38,383 bases of DNA from Bdellovibrionales bacterium (GTDB taxonomy: Bacteria; Bdellovibrionota; UBA1018; CAIMNF01), in contig JBEIJY010000027.1 of NCBI GenBank assembly GCA_040380025.1, positions 1 to 38,383 of the forward strand. Direction: 5' to 3'. The notes under the pieces are model-generated. The model ran no database searches. It was given only the letters and a program-made list of their open reading frames with translations, and was not told the origin of the DNA. Made by a program: the position numbers and the translations under genes. How positions within the stretch are numbered: position 1 is the stretch's first letter; each line of letters starts with the position of its first letter. This document shows positions 27,924 to 36,751 of the stretch, one piece after another.

Positions 27924-30136
27924 TACAAGAGCTCGTCGCCCACGGAGTCGATCGGCCCGTCGGTTCCGGATTCGATCGCTTTCACTTTCTTCAGATCCAT
28001 GATCTCTGCCGTGATCGAAATCGTGGAGCCCATTGTGGCTGGTCCGAGGAACCAGCCGAATCCGCGCAGGGTTCCGCGCACGAGGGCCGCTTTGGCGACC
28101 CATTTCGCAGCAAAGAAATTCCTGGTGATCTTGATCAGGAACTCCGTGTTCGAATCCCGCTCCACGAATCCTGCGTCCATGAGCCGTTCGGCCACCAAGG
28201 AGGCGATCACCAGAACGCAGTTCTTCTCGTCCCCGATTCCCCTGCCGGCCGGATTCGAGCCGATTTTTCCGTCGCCGTTGGCATCGCACCGGCCCATGAT
28301 CCCCTCGAGAAAGATCGCCGATACCGAGATCACGTCCATCTCGTAGGCTTCGAGCTCATCCTTGCCGGCAAGGGGGTTCGGAAGAAGCTCGTTGAAGAAC
28401 ACCCCGCAAGTCCGTTCGAATCCGAGACGCCGGCATTCCGCGTAGATGCGCGGAAAGTGGTCGCGTAAAAAAATCGGCAGAGTCTCCATGATTTTCCGCC
28501 GCTTGATCCACCGGAACGCCCCTTCCTCTCTCACCGCAAGGCCATAGCGACGGAGGGCATCTTCGTTCAGGAGCTGGATCAGATCATAGGTCGACAGAAG
28601 CGATGCGAGACCGATCTGATCGATCGTGCGGGGGAGATTCCGATCGCGATTCGGAACCTGGAATTCGGTGCGAGCGGGCAAGAGATCGGCGGTCAGGAAG
28701 GCCAGTTCCGCGATTCCGGGTTTTGGGTGGGTTTCGAGCTGATCTCCGACCATGGCTCCATCGAGTGGTTTTTCCAGAATGCGTGCGATGACGTTTTTTC
28801 CGAATGAGCTGGTGTCCAGGAGTCGGATCGAGAGGGTGATCAGATTTTCGATTTTTTTTCCCGAGATCTCGCGGTGCCCGGGATCGAGCTTCCGGATCAC
28901 GAACCCCGAGAGCGAAGAAAACAAAAGCGAACGATCCACGAATCCCAGATCCTTCGAGCGGACGAGCTTCGCGTAGTCGGCACGAAAGAGCCGATCGGGC
29001 ACCTCGTGCACACCCTGGAATGCGCACCTTCTCCAGTTTGCGGGGGCCGCGCACGTCTCCCCCGAAAGGGCATCGAGGCTCGCAAGAACCCACTCTCCCG
29101 CGACTCCGATCAGATCGACTAGGAACGACACCGAAAGCGCCTCCCGGCTTGATTCCGCATTCAAGAGCGGCATCCATTCGGTCAGTTTCAAAAAGTCCGA
29201 GGGAGGCGGAACGTCAAGGTCCTCCGAGAACCGCATGATCCGGCTCACGCGAAAGAGCGGATGCTCATGCCCCGAGACCCATTCTTTTGCGGAATCGATG
29301 AGACTCCGGGCGGCATGGCGGATTTCTTCGGGACGTTCGAACGGACTCCGGTGGCCGAGCATGAAGTCAATCGCGGGGCCGCCTTCGCGCAAAGCCGATG
29401 AGAGTTCTTGAACGCACCTGCCTGCCCGCTGTCCGTTCCAGAAGGCGGAATCCACCCGGTCGCCGCAAAGAGTGCTGAATAGCGAGGCCAGAAGATCCAC
29501 TCCGCTTTCGAGGCTTTGATTCAGGTGCTTCAGTTTGGGCGGAAGAAAGGGGCGGATCAACCCGGCGAGATGGCTTCTTGCCACAGGCTCCGCTCCCAGA
29601 AGCTCGAGGAATGACCCGGTGAACGAGGCGAGATTCAGAATGCCATCTGCAGTAAGACGCGACGTCAGCGGGCTCGGATCGATCAGGATCTCATAAAAGG
29701 AGCGAGCTTCCCGTTTTCGCGCCCTCAGCCAGTCCAGAAGCGATACGACATCCGAATATCCGATGCCGTTCTTGAATCCCAAGAGCTCCAGGATCGCCAT
29801 GGCCCGATCGCCCGAGACTTTCGGATTTTCATCGAGGCGGATCAATCCTGCCTCGGCAAGGGTGCGGATCTCGGATCGGCTCAGATAGTCTTTGCGGGCT
29901 CCCTCGATCATCCGAAAGGACGAGAGAATGTGGTTTCGCCACGCGAGGAGTGTCTCGTTCGATGCCTTGTCGTCGCGGCTGAAGACCGTCGCGAATTCCG
30001 GCATCGGAGCGGACTCCACCCGTGCCACCGTTCGAGCCGGCGCCTGGGCATTCCAGACCTTGTCTGCGAATCCGCACGAAGATGCGGTGAAAACGAGGAG
30101 CAAAATGCTTGCCTTGAAGATCGGGTTCTTCACCAT
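27878..30136 (-). CDS. Large helical hypothetical lipoprotein with an EF-hand-like loop
   Basis: Start trimmed to MVKNPIFKASILLLVFTASSC (lipoprotein-type signal, SD GGAG upstream); DANGDGKI loop near the C-terminus. Confidence 0.72.
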   Translation of the reverse strand: MVKNPIFKASILLLVFTASSCGFADKVWNAQAPARTVARVESAPMPEFATVFSRDDKASNETLLAWRNHILSSFRMIEGARKDYLSRSEIRTLAEAGLIRLDENPKVSGDRAMAILELLGFKNGIGYSDVVSLLDWLRARKREARSFYEILIDPSPLTSRLTADGILNLASFTGSFLELLGAEPVARSHLAGLIRPFLPPKLKHLNQSLESGVDLLASLFSTLCGDRVDSAFWNGQRAGRCVQELSSALREGGPAIDFMLGHRSPFERPEEIRHAARSLIDSAKEWVSGHEHPLFRVSRIMRFSEDLDVPPPSDFLKLTEWMPLLNAESSREALSVSFLVDLIGVAGEWVLASLDALSGETCAAPANWRRCAFQGVHEVPDRLFRADYAKLVRSKDLGFVDRSLLFSSLSGFVIRKLDPGHREISGKKIENLITLSIRLLDTSSFGKNVIARILEKPLDGAMVGDQLETHPKPGIAELAFLTADLLPARTEFQVPNRDRNLPRTIDQIGLASLLSTYDLIQLLNEDALRRYGLAVREEGAFRWIKRRKIMETLPIFLRDHFPRIYAECRRLGFERTCGVFFNELLPNPLAGKDELEAYEMDVISVSAIFLEGIMGRCDANGDGKIGSNPAGRGIGDEKNCVLVIASLVAERLMDAGFVERDSNTEFLIKITRNFFAAKWVAKAALVRGTLRGFGWFLGPATMGSTISITAEIMDLKKVKAIESGTDGPIDSVGDELLYHRRLTRDFLPEIEP

Positions 30137-31407
30137 GAAAGTCGCACTCCTGCCATGACCGAGCTGTGATTCCGCCATTCGCCGAAATAGCTCCGTTCTC
30201 CGCCTGCGAGCACCCGCACGCCGAGATTCATCGAGAACGCGGGCGTTGGGGAATATTCGAGTTCCTGGAGCCAATGGATGCTCCGTCGCTCGTGCCAAAG
30301 CGTGGACTGGATCAGGGTTTTCAGGACCAGTTTCTCGGTGATCGCGAACGGGATGCGCAGGAACACGAGAAGATCCGAGAATTCCGGCTCTGCGATCCGT
30401 TTCTGGAATTGCGAAAGAATTCCGAGATTCGGCCGGACGGTGAAGCGGGACCGAAGATGCCGCGGCAGGGGGTGGGGCAAGGAGAGCGTGAGCGAGGCGG
30501 AGCGGTTCGATTGTTCCCGCAGATTTTGTACGAACTCGAAGGACGGCTCAAAAAAGAATCGATTCAGTCTTGCACGGAATCCGGCCCAGTATTCGCGCGG
30601 GAATTGCGGATGAATCGCAACCCTTGCTTTCACCGTTTCTTGCTCGATCCCGAGCACGGCATCGGTGCGCGGGACCGGCACGGGCTTCGGTGCGGTGGAT
30701 GCGAAGACATCCGCCGTCAGACCTTCTGTTCGGATGCCGACCCCGAAAAACCCCTGATGATTGAACACAAGCTCCTTCATCTGATCGAGCTTGAGCTGGT
30801 AGCGGATCGGTACCCGCACTCCCGAAGTCTCGACCTCGGCCGGAGGCAGCCGGGCAAAGCGCGCGGGTCTGAGATCTCCCCGCTCGGTGAACCCGAATGT
30901 CGGGCCGATGGTCGGAATGAAGAGCGGAGAGTAGGTCATCAGGATTTGCCAGCCGCTTCCGAGCGAAATCGCCCTCCCGGCGCCCACCCATCCTGTGACT
31001 CTGGGATTCAGCGCATCGATCTGATTCTGCGACCAGATGCTTCCGATCGCCGAAGTCGGCTCGATCGGATCATCGATCGAGGGTGCAAGCGGATGCGCGC
31101 GTCCGATCCAGAATCGCTCGGTCTGTTTCTTCGGGTTGCTGAAATAAAACCGCATCGGATCCGGTTCCAGAACCCACTCTCCCCGGGGACCCGACTCGAA
31201 GTAGAACTCGAGCTTTCCGGACACCCTCGGACTCTCGAAAATCATTTTGTTCGTGATCAGACTCGTGGGAGACTGCTCGGACGCATATTGCAGGACCTTC
31301 GCGTTCAACTCGTCGGAGATTCCACCGACGGCGGTTCCCGTACCGGAACACGCAAGGACCAGGATGAAAAAAATGATGGCGCGCAATGCCCCTCGCCCCC
31401 GATTCAC
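30130..31407 (-). CDS. Hypothetical outer-membrane beta-barrel protein
   Basis: N-terminal hydrophobic signal, amphipathic strands, C-terminal MAGVRLSW (Bam beta-signal-like terminal aromatic); GTG start uncertain. Confidence 0.72.
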   Translation of the reverse strand: MNRGRGALRAIIFFILVLACSGTGTAVGGISDELNAKVLQYASEQSPTSLITNKMIFESPRVSGKLEFYFESGPRGEWVLEPDPMRFYFSNPKKQTERFWIGRAHPLAPSIDDPIEPTSAIGSIWSQNQIDALNPRVTGWVGAGRAISLGSGWQILMTYSPLFIPTIGPTFGFTERGDLRPARFARLPPAEVETSGVRVPIRYQLKLDQMKELVFNHQGFFGVGIRTEGLTADVFASTAPKPVPVPRTDAVLGIEQETVKARVAIHPQFPREYWAGFRARLNRFFFEPSFEFVQNLREQSNRSASLTLSLPHPLPRHLRSRFTVRPNLGILSQFQKRIAEPEFSDLLVFLRIPFAITEKLVLKTLIQSTLWHERRSIHWLQELEYSPTPAFSMNLGVRVLAGGERSYFGEWRNHSSVMAGVRLSW

Positions 31408-31466
31408 GGGGCAAGGGTCTATCGGGAAGCGGGCGCGCAGTCAACGGAGTTGATTTGATCGCGATC

Positions 31467-32297
31467 ATGAGAATTCTCATCGGATTTACGGCTCTTTTTT
31501 TGTTTTTTTCTCCTCCGCCCGCCTTTGCCTCCGTGTTCGTGCCCGATCTTCGCGTCGGGCTTCTCGGGCGAAGCTACCCGGTGGGAGCCCAGCTGGTTGG
31601 ATCAGCAGGGCTCGGCGCGCGCATCTGGGGCCGCACGGATCAGTGGAAGTACGGCTATGCGCGGCTCGCCTTCAATGGCGCCACCAGCGTGGTCGTGAAC
31701 CGCGCGGGCGTCGAAGTGCAGTTGTTTCCGGTGTCGATCCTCGGAGTCTCGGCCGGATACGAGAGCGGAGTCCGGAATTTCCGGCCAAGATTCCTGGATT
31801 GCAATGCGGTGGAGTGCGAGGGGCGGGTGGACCGTGCGTATCTTCGGGGGCAACTTTTTTTTGGCGTGAAGGGGGTCGTGCTGAACTGGAACGTCCGTTA
31901 TGAGCAATTGCGCGCCTACCGCTCGGAGCGCCCGTTCTTTGATGAGATGACCCTTCTGCGCGGCCGGAGTGCCGGCGAAGTGGTGATTCAGCACAATCCG
32001 ATTCTTTTGTACCGGGTGAGTCCGGAGTGGAAGGTGGGGGCGACTTCTTTGTACTCCCGCGCGCTCGATTCGGGAGGATATTCCCATATGTACGGGCCTC
32101 TCGTCGCTTGGTCGGACCCGGTGAAGTGGAGTGTGGCGGGAGGAATCGGAATCAATCAGAGTCCGCTTTTCGCGCCGGGCTTCACGGTGTTCTTCATGGC
32201 GCAAATGGCGATCGCCCCCTCGCTTCAGATCAGCGATCTTGCGTTCCGGAACTTTGCTAATCGAGCCGGAACCGGAGCCCGATCGAAGCCAGAGTGA
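31467..32297 (+). CDS. Exported hypothetical protein, probable beta-barrel
   Basis: Start trimmed to MRILIGFTALFLFFSPPPAFA (Sec signal with AFA cleavage site); Gly/aromatic alternating strands; one Cys pair DCNAVEC. Confidence 0.72.
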   Translation: MRILIGFTALFLFFSPPPAFASVFVPDLRVGLLGRSYPVGAQLVGSAGLGARIWGRTDQWKYGYARLAFNGATSVVVNRAGVEVQLFPVSILGVSAGYESGVRNFRPRFLDCNAVECEGRVDRAYLRGQLFFGVKGVVLNWNVRYEQLRAYRSERPFFDEMTLLRGRSAGEVVIQHNPILLYRVSPEWKVGATSLYSRALDSGGYSHMYGPLVAWSDPVKWSVAGGIGINQSPLFAPGFTVFFMAQMAIAPSLQISDLAFRNFANRAGTGARSKPE

Positions 32298-32718
32298 GGG
32301 GCATTTGCGCGATTCTTTGCCGAAGATCCAAGACCACGCCGAAGTTCCCGCCCACGTCCTGACACGCATCGAAGGCGATCACGAGTCCCGGATGCGCGGG
32401 CACTCCGCTTGAGGATCCCCATGCCAGGTCCGGCCCGAGCCCTGCCGTAAAAAACGGAGGATCCACCGGCATCCGGAGCAGAAACGGAAGCATCCAAAAG
32501 GAGTCCCCGGAACGCGAGAGCTGAGCGCGTAACACTCCGGTCTCGATCATCGCAGGGCCCGCTTCCCATCGACCCGAGAGCCCGAATCCCGCGCCGCTCG
32601 AGTCTGTGCTGTCGAATCCCGCGCGAGCGTACCCCGCGATTCCCGTGAGTTCCACGGCATCGGCACGAGACGCGCTTCCGATCAGAACCAGGAAGGCAAG
32701 GATTGCAGGTGTTTTCAT
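32257..32718 (-). CDS. Small exported protein, probable small (about 8-stranded) outer-membrane beta-barrel
   Basis: Signal MKTPAILAFLVLIGSASRADA; strands GFGLSGRW, GVVLDLR, SIGLRFRL; ATGA overlap with the cheX-like gene. Confidence 0.65.
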   Translation of the reverse strand: MKTPAILAFLVLIGSASRADAVELTGIAGYARAGFDSTDSSGAGFGLSGRWEAGPAMIETGVLRAQLSRSGDSFWMLPFLLRMPVDPPFFTAGLGPDLAWGSSSGVPAHPGLVIAFDACQDVGGNFGVVLDLRQRIAQMPLTLASIGLRFRLD

Positions 32719-33722
32719 GACCGTTCTTGATGCCCGAATTCGATCCAGAGCTTTCCGCGGTCGGTCGAGAGGGGGACCACGATCGTGTTGCGTTGGCCCG
32801 GAGCCGAAGAACGAGAGGCGATTTCAGAGCCGCAGATCAGGTAGGGGAGCGCCATCTGGATCCGGTGCCCTTGCTCGTTCAAAACCTGTTTTGCGACGCC
32901 AAAGCAGATGTTCGTGACCTCGCTTGCACCGTCCTGGATTTCTTGATTCAACTCCGTGTAGGTCGTGCCGAGTACCCGGTTCATGAGTCCGAGAAACGCG
33001 CCGGTTTGATAGTACATTCCGAAGTATCCCGAGAATCCCTCCTCGGTGACGCCGATCAGTGATCCGACATCAAAGGTGAAGGAGTGTTCGGAAGACTTCA
33101 AAAAAGGCGAGCCGATCTCGATGGAGGTGCCGAACTGGACCTCGAGGGTTTTCCGTACGGCCTTCACGAACTCGAGGAGCGCATCGGCCGTCCAGGCCGG
33201 CGGGGCCACAGAAGAGTCTTTCGGCGGTTCCGGATCGGTCGATTTTTTCATGAGTTCGATCACGACCTGGAACTCCCCGCCCGGAATCGAGAATTCGATG
33301 CCGATGCGGTTTTCTCCGCGAATCTTGCCGGTCGATTCGAGGGTTCTTGCGGTCAGAAGCGTCGGCAGGCCGGATTCGATTCCGTACCCCGCTTCGTTCA
33401 GCTTTGATTTTGCGTGGCCCAGGATGATGTTCGTGATCTCGGCCGCACCATCCTCGAGCCCGGGTTCGATATCGGCTTTGGACTCTCCGAGCATCGAGTT
33501 CAGAATCGCAAGAAACACGGGCTTCGGGAATTCAACCGAGATCGAGCCCGAAAGTGAGGGAGAAGTGATGCCGATCACGCCCGCGATTCCCATCGGGCGC
33601 TTCGGGAGGGTATCTCCCGCGAATACCTGATGAGCTGCGAGTTCGGTCTTGCAGAGCTCTCGCAGGGTGATCCGGGATGCTTCCACAAAGGCGGCCACAA
33701 ACCCATCGAGCTTTGGTTCCAT
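32715..33722 (-). CDS. cheX: Tandem double CheX-domain chemotaxis phosphatase
   Basis: Two repeats of G(V/S)xIGxT...G...(L/M)LG...DGA(A/S)E(I/V)TNI..G.AK..LNE.G...LP; both keep the ExxN motif. Confidence 0.88.
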   Translation of the reverse strand: MEPKLDGFVAAFVEASRITLRELCKTELAAHQVFAGDTLPKRPMGIAGVIGITSPSLSGSISVEFPKPVFLAILNSMLGESKADIEPGLEDGAAEITNIILGHAKSKLNEAGYGIESGLPTLLTARTLESTGKIRGENRIGIEFSIPGGEFQVVIELMKKSTDPEPPKDSSVAPPAWTADALLEFVKAVRKTLEVQFGTSIEIGSPFLKSSEHSFTFDVGSLIGVTEEGFSGYFGMYYQTGAFLGLMNRVLGTTYTELNQEIQDGASEVTNICFGVAKQVLNEQGHRIQMALPYLICGSEIASRSSAPGQRNTIVVPLSTDRGKLWIEFGHQERS

Positions 33723-33762
33723 GAGAAACAGTATAAAGCATTTTAGGCAGGAAGGAGAAAAA

Positions 33763-33837
33763 TGGCGGTCCCGGCAGGAATCGAACCTGCAACAGCCCTT
33801 TAGGAAAGGGCCGTTATATCCATTTAACTACAGGACC
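33763..33837 (-). tRNA. tRNA-Arg(CCT)
   Basis: 75-nt cloverleaf on the minus strand: GGTCCTG/CGGGACC acceptor, GCCCT-TTCCTAA-AGGGC anticodon arm, GCAGG-TTCGATT-CCTGC T arm, encoded CCA. Confidence 0.97.
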
Positions 33838-33966
33838 TTTTTCGGGAACCGCTTCGCATGACGCAAATGCTCCGTAGGCGATTCCGGATCCTTCCACCCT
33901 AACACAGCCCGCCCGCGCTGAAAACTCCCTCGACGCGGCCATGCTCTTATGGGTAAAAATAGGCTC

Positions 33967-34770
33967 ATGTCCTATCAAACACTTGCGCTCTCCACTCCGT
34001 CGCCGGGCCTGCTCACGGTCTCCCTGAATCGGCCCGACATCCGAAACGCCTTCAACGAAGTCATGATCGACGAGCTGGCCCGGGTCTTCCGGACCGACGC
34101 GGTCGATCCTGCGGTTCGCGCGGTGATCTTGCGCGGAAACGGCGGCATCTTTTGCGCTGGGGGCGATCTGAATTGGATGAAGCGCTCGATCGAGCTCAGC
34201 TACGAGGACAATTTAAAAGACACGACCACTCTCACCGCGATGTTCGCGGTATTGAACGAGTTCTCGAAACCCGTCATTGGCGTGGTCGAGGGTGCCGCCA
34301 TCGGGGGCGGGGTGGGTCTGGTCTCGATTTGCGATGTGGTCCTGGCCCGCCGGGATGCGGTCTTCAGCCTGAGCGAGGTGCGACTCGGGGTCGTGCCCGC
34401 CTGCATCGGTCCCTTTGTGACCGCCAAAATCGGGGCCTCGCATGCGCGGGCGCTCTTCGTGAGTGCCGAGCGGTTTCAGGCCGACAAGGCAAAAGAGATC
34501 GGTCTCGTGCACGAGGTCTTCGCCGATTCCGAGTCGCTCGAAGCCCGCCTCGGGGTCCTTTGCAAGAATCTGCTCGAGTGTGCGCCCACGGCGGTTTCGG
34601 TCGCAAAAAGGCTTGTGTTGGACCTCACCTGGCCCGAACGCAGGGCCCGCATGCCCGATTGCATCGAGTATGTCTCAAAAACGCTTGCCGAGCTCCGGGT
34701 CGGTCCCGAGGCCCAAGAGGGAATCTCGGCGTTCCTGAACAAACGAAAGCCGGGTTGGATCCGCTCATGA
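33967..34770 (+). CDS. liuC: Enoyl-CoA hydratase family, probable methylglutaconyl-CoA hydratase (alternative start 33949)
   Basis: LNRPDIRNAFN, FCAGGDLNWM, AIGGGVGLVSICD, FSLSEVRLG, EAQEGISAFL; operonic with HMG-CoA lyase. Confidence 0.85.
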   Translation: MSYQTLALSTPSPGLLTVSLNRPDIRNAFNEVMIDELARVFRTDAVDPAVRAVILRGNGGIFCAGGDLNWMKRSIELSYEDNLKDTTTLTAMFAVLNEFSKPVIGVVEGAAIGGGVGLVSICDVVLARRDAVFSLSEVRLGVVPACIGPFVTAKIGASHARALFVSAERFQADKAKEIGLVHEVFADSESLEARLGVLCKNLLECAPTAVSVAKRLVLDLTWPERRARMPDCIEYVSKTLAELRVGPEAQEGISAFLNKRKPGWIRS

Positions 34771-36263
34771 AGCACCACAAGCTCATGGTGGCCAATCGCT
34801 CTGAAATCGCCTGTCGGGTTTTTCAGGCGGCCTATGAGCTCGGAATCCCCACTCTTGCGATCGTCGTCAAAGGCGACGAGCAGGCCCGGCACGCGACGAT
34901 GGCCGACGAGGTGGCGGAGGTCTCGGGGTATCTCGATGTGGACTCGATCCTGACGGCCGCAAAAAATCACGGCGTGACCCTGATTCATCCGGGCTACGGG
35001 TTTCTCTCCGAGCGGCCTCATTTTGCCCGTGCCGTGATCGAGGCCGGAATCGGCTTTCTCGGGCCCATGCCCGAGTCGATGGAGGCCATGGGCGGAAAAA
35101 TCGCCGCCAAAGAAATCGCAGAAGAGCTCGCCATTCCGACCGTCCCTTGGGCCAAGCTCGATCTCTCGCGCTCAAGCGACGACGAGCTTCGACAGGCCGC
35201 CGAGCGGGTGGGATATCCGCTTTTGATCAAAGCCCACGCCGGCGGGGGCGGCAAGGGGATGAGGCGCGTGGATTCGTTTCGCGAGCTGAAGGAACAGGCT
35301 GAGAGCGCCTCGCGCGAGGCGCTTTCGTCGTTCGGCGATGGCACCTTGTTTTTTGAGCGGTATCTGCAGAATCCCCGACACATCGAGGTGCAGGTGTTCG
35401 GCGATGGCAAGGGCGGAGGAGTGCATCTGTACGAGCGCGAGTGCTCCTTGCAACGCCGGCATCAGAAGGTCTGGGAAGAAGCGCCCGCCCCGGGGCTCCC
35501 CGATTCCATTCGTCAGGGGCTGTATGAGAGCGCGCTCAAGCTCGTCGCGCGCACCCGCTACCGGAGTGCCGGGACGATCGAATTTTTGGTCGAGGTCCTG
35601 CCCGACGGAACGATGAAGGAATTCTTTTTCATCGAGATGAACACGCGTCTTCAGGTCGAGCATCCGGTCACCGAGGCGATCACGGGGATCGATCTGGTCC
35701 ACGAGCAAATCCGCCTGGCACTCGACCCCGATCGCTACGCGCTTCCGAAGGTTCCCGACCCGAGGGGGCATGCCATCGAGGTCCGCATTTGTGCCGAAGA
35801 CCCGGCGCAAGGATTCATCCCCTGCACGGGTCGGATCGACCGCGTGATCTTTCCCTCAGGCCCCGGAATCCGCGTCGACCACGGAATCGAAGAGGGGCAG
35901 GAGCTCGGAACGAGCTTCGATTCCATGTGCGCGAAGCTCATCGCCCATGCTTCTACGCGCGATCTTGCCGTCAAGAAAGTCCGCTACGGACTGAGAGAAA
36001 CCGTCATCTCGGGCGTGGGAACGAATCTCGATTATCTGCACCGAATCGCCTGCGCCCCCGCCGTGGTGGCCGGCAAAGTCAGCACACGCTTTCTTGATCG
36101 CGAATTCGGTGATTATGCCCCGAATGTCGATGCGGGGGCTCTTGCGCTCCTGCGGGCGATCGAAGAGGCCGGAATCCACAGTGGTCCGGAATCGGCGGTC
36201 GCGAGCGCTTCTGCGACCTCACGCCCTGATTCGACTGCGATTTGGAGCAAGCACACGTTATGA
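34767..36263 (+). CDS. Biotin carboxylase subunit of an acyl-CoA carboxylase (methylcrotonyl-CoA carboxylase alpha-like)
   Basis: True start ATG 34767 (MKHHKLMVANRSEIA); HPGYGFLSE, GGGGKGMR, RECSLQRRHQK, EMNTRLQVEHPVTE. Confidence 0.93.
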   Translation: MKHHKLMVANRSEIACRVFQAAYELGIPTLAIVVKGDEQARHATMADEVAEVSGYLDVDSILTAAKNHGVTLIHPGYGFLSERPHFARAVIEAGIGFLGPMPESMEAMGGKIAAKEIAEELAIPTVPWAKLDLSRSSDDELRQAAERVGYPLLIKAHAGGGGKGMRRVDSFRELKEQAESASREALSSFGDGTLFFERYLQNPRHIEVQVFGDGKGGGVHLYERECSLQRRHQKVWEEAPAPGLPDSIRQGLYESALKLVARTRYRSAGTIEFLVEVLPDGTMKEFFFIEMNTRLQVEHPVTEAITGIDLVHEQIRLALDPDRYALPKVPDPRGHAIEVRICAEDPAQGFIPCTGRIDRVIFPSGPGIRVDHGIEEGQELGTSFDSMCAKLIAHASTRDLAVKKVRYGLRETVISGVGTNLDYLHRIACAPAVVAGKVSTRFLDREFGDYAPNVDAGALALLRAIEEAGIHSGPESAVASASATSRPDSTAIWSKHTL

Positions 36264-36751
36264 AACGAATCGCAAAAATCTCCGGAAAGAAACTTGAGCT
36301 TTCTTCGGCGGAAGGCGCGGATCCCGAAGCCTGGACCTTCGAATCGAGGCCCGGTGGCTGGATGATCGCAACCCGGATTCTTCCGGACGGCACCAGGACG
36401 CGCACCCGGGTTTTTTACTCGCGCGTACGACAAGGGTTCTCGCTCAAAATCTCGGGCAGTCCCGGGCTCGATGTCCGGGGGGAGCGGGTTGCCGTCTCGC
36501 GCGGCTCATCCAAAGGAGGATCGGCCTCGGATTACACCGCGCAGTTCCCCGGAAAAGTGCGAAAAATCGCCGTGAAAGAAGGCGAAGTGGTCACCGAGGG
36601 CGCGCCGTTGATTCTGGTCGAGGCGATGAAAATGGAGTTCGCGATCAAGGCCGGATCAAGCGGTCTCGTGAAAAAGATTCTCGTCACCGAGGGCATGCAG
36701 CTTGCCCCCGGGCAGGCGCTCCTGGAGTTCGAGGAAAAAACGAATGGCTGA
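36260..36751 (+). CDS. Biotin carboxyl carrier protein with N-terminal beta-rich domain
   Basis: EAMKM biotinylation motif, AQFPGKV; ATGA overlap with the biotin carboxylase stop. Confidence 0.9.
   Translation: MKRIAKISGKKLELSSAEGADPEAWTFESRPGGWMIATRILPDGTRTRTRVFYSRVRQGFSLKISGSPGLDVRGERVAVSRGSSKGGSASDYTAQFPGKVRKIAVKEGEVVTEGAPLILVEAMKMEFAIKAGSSGLVKKILVTEGMQLAPGQALLEFEEKTNG

Noticed and set aside
30137..30298. Upstream extension of the 806-aa ORF (similar extensions on coaX, xerD, yceD and the lyase)
   Set aside because: These extensions overlap neighbouring genes or lie upstream of the family N-terminus; downstream ATGs give proper signal peptides or family starts.
34152..34766. 205-aa N-terminal extension of the biotin carboxylase ORF
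   Set aside because: It overlaps the hydratase in another frame and reads as Arg-rich off-frame sequence; the true start is ATG 34767.
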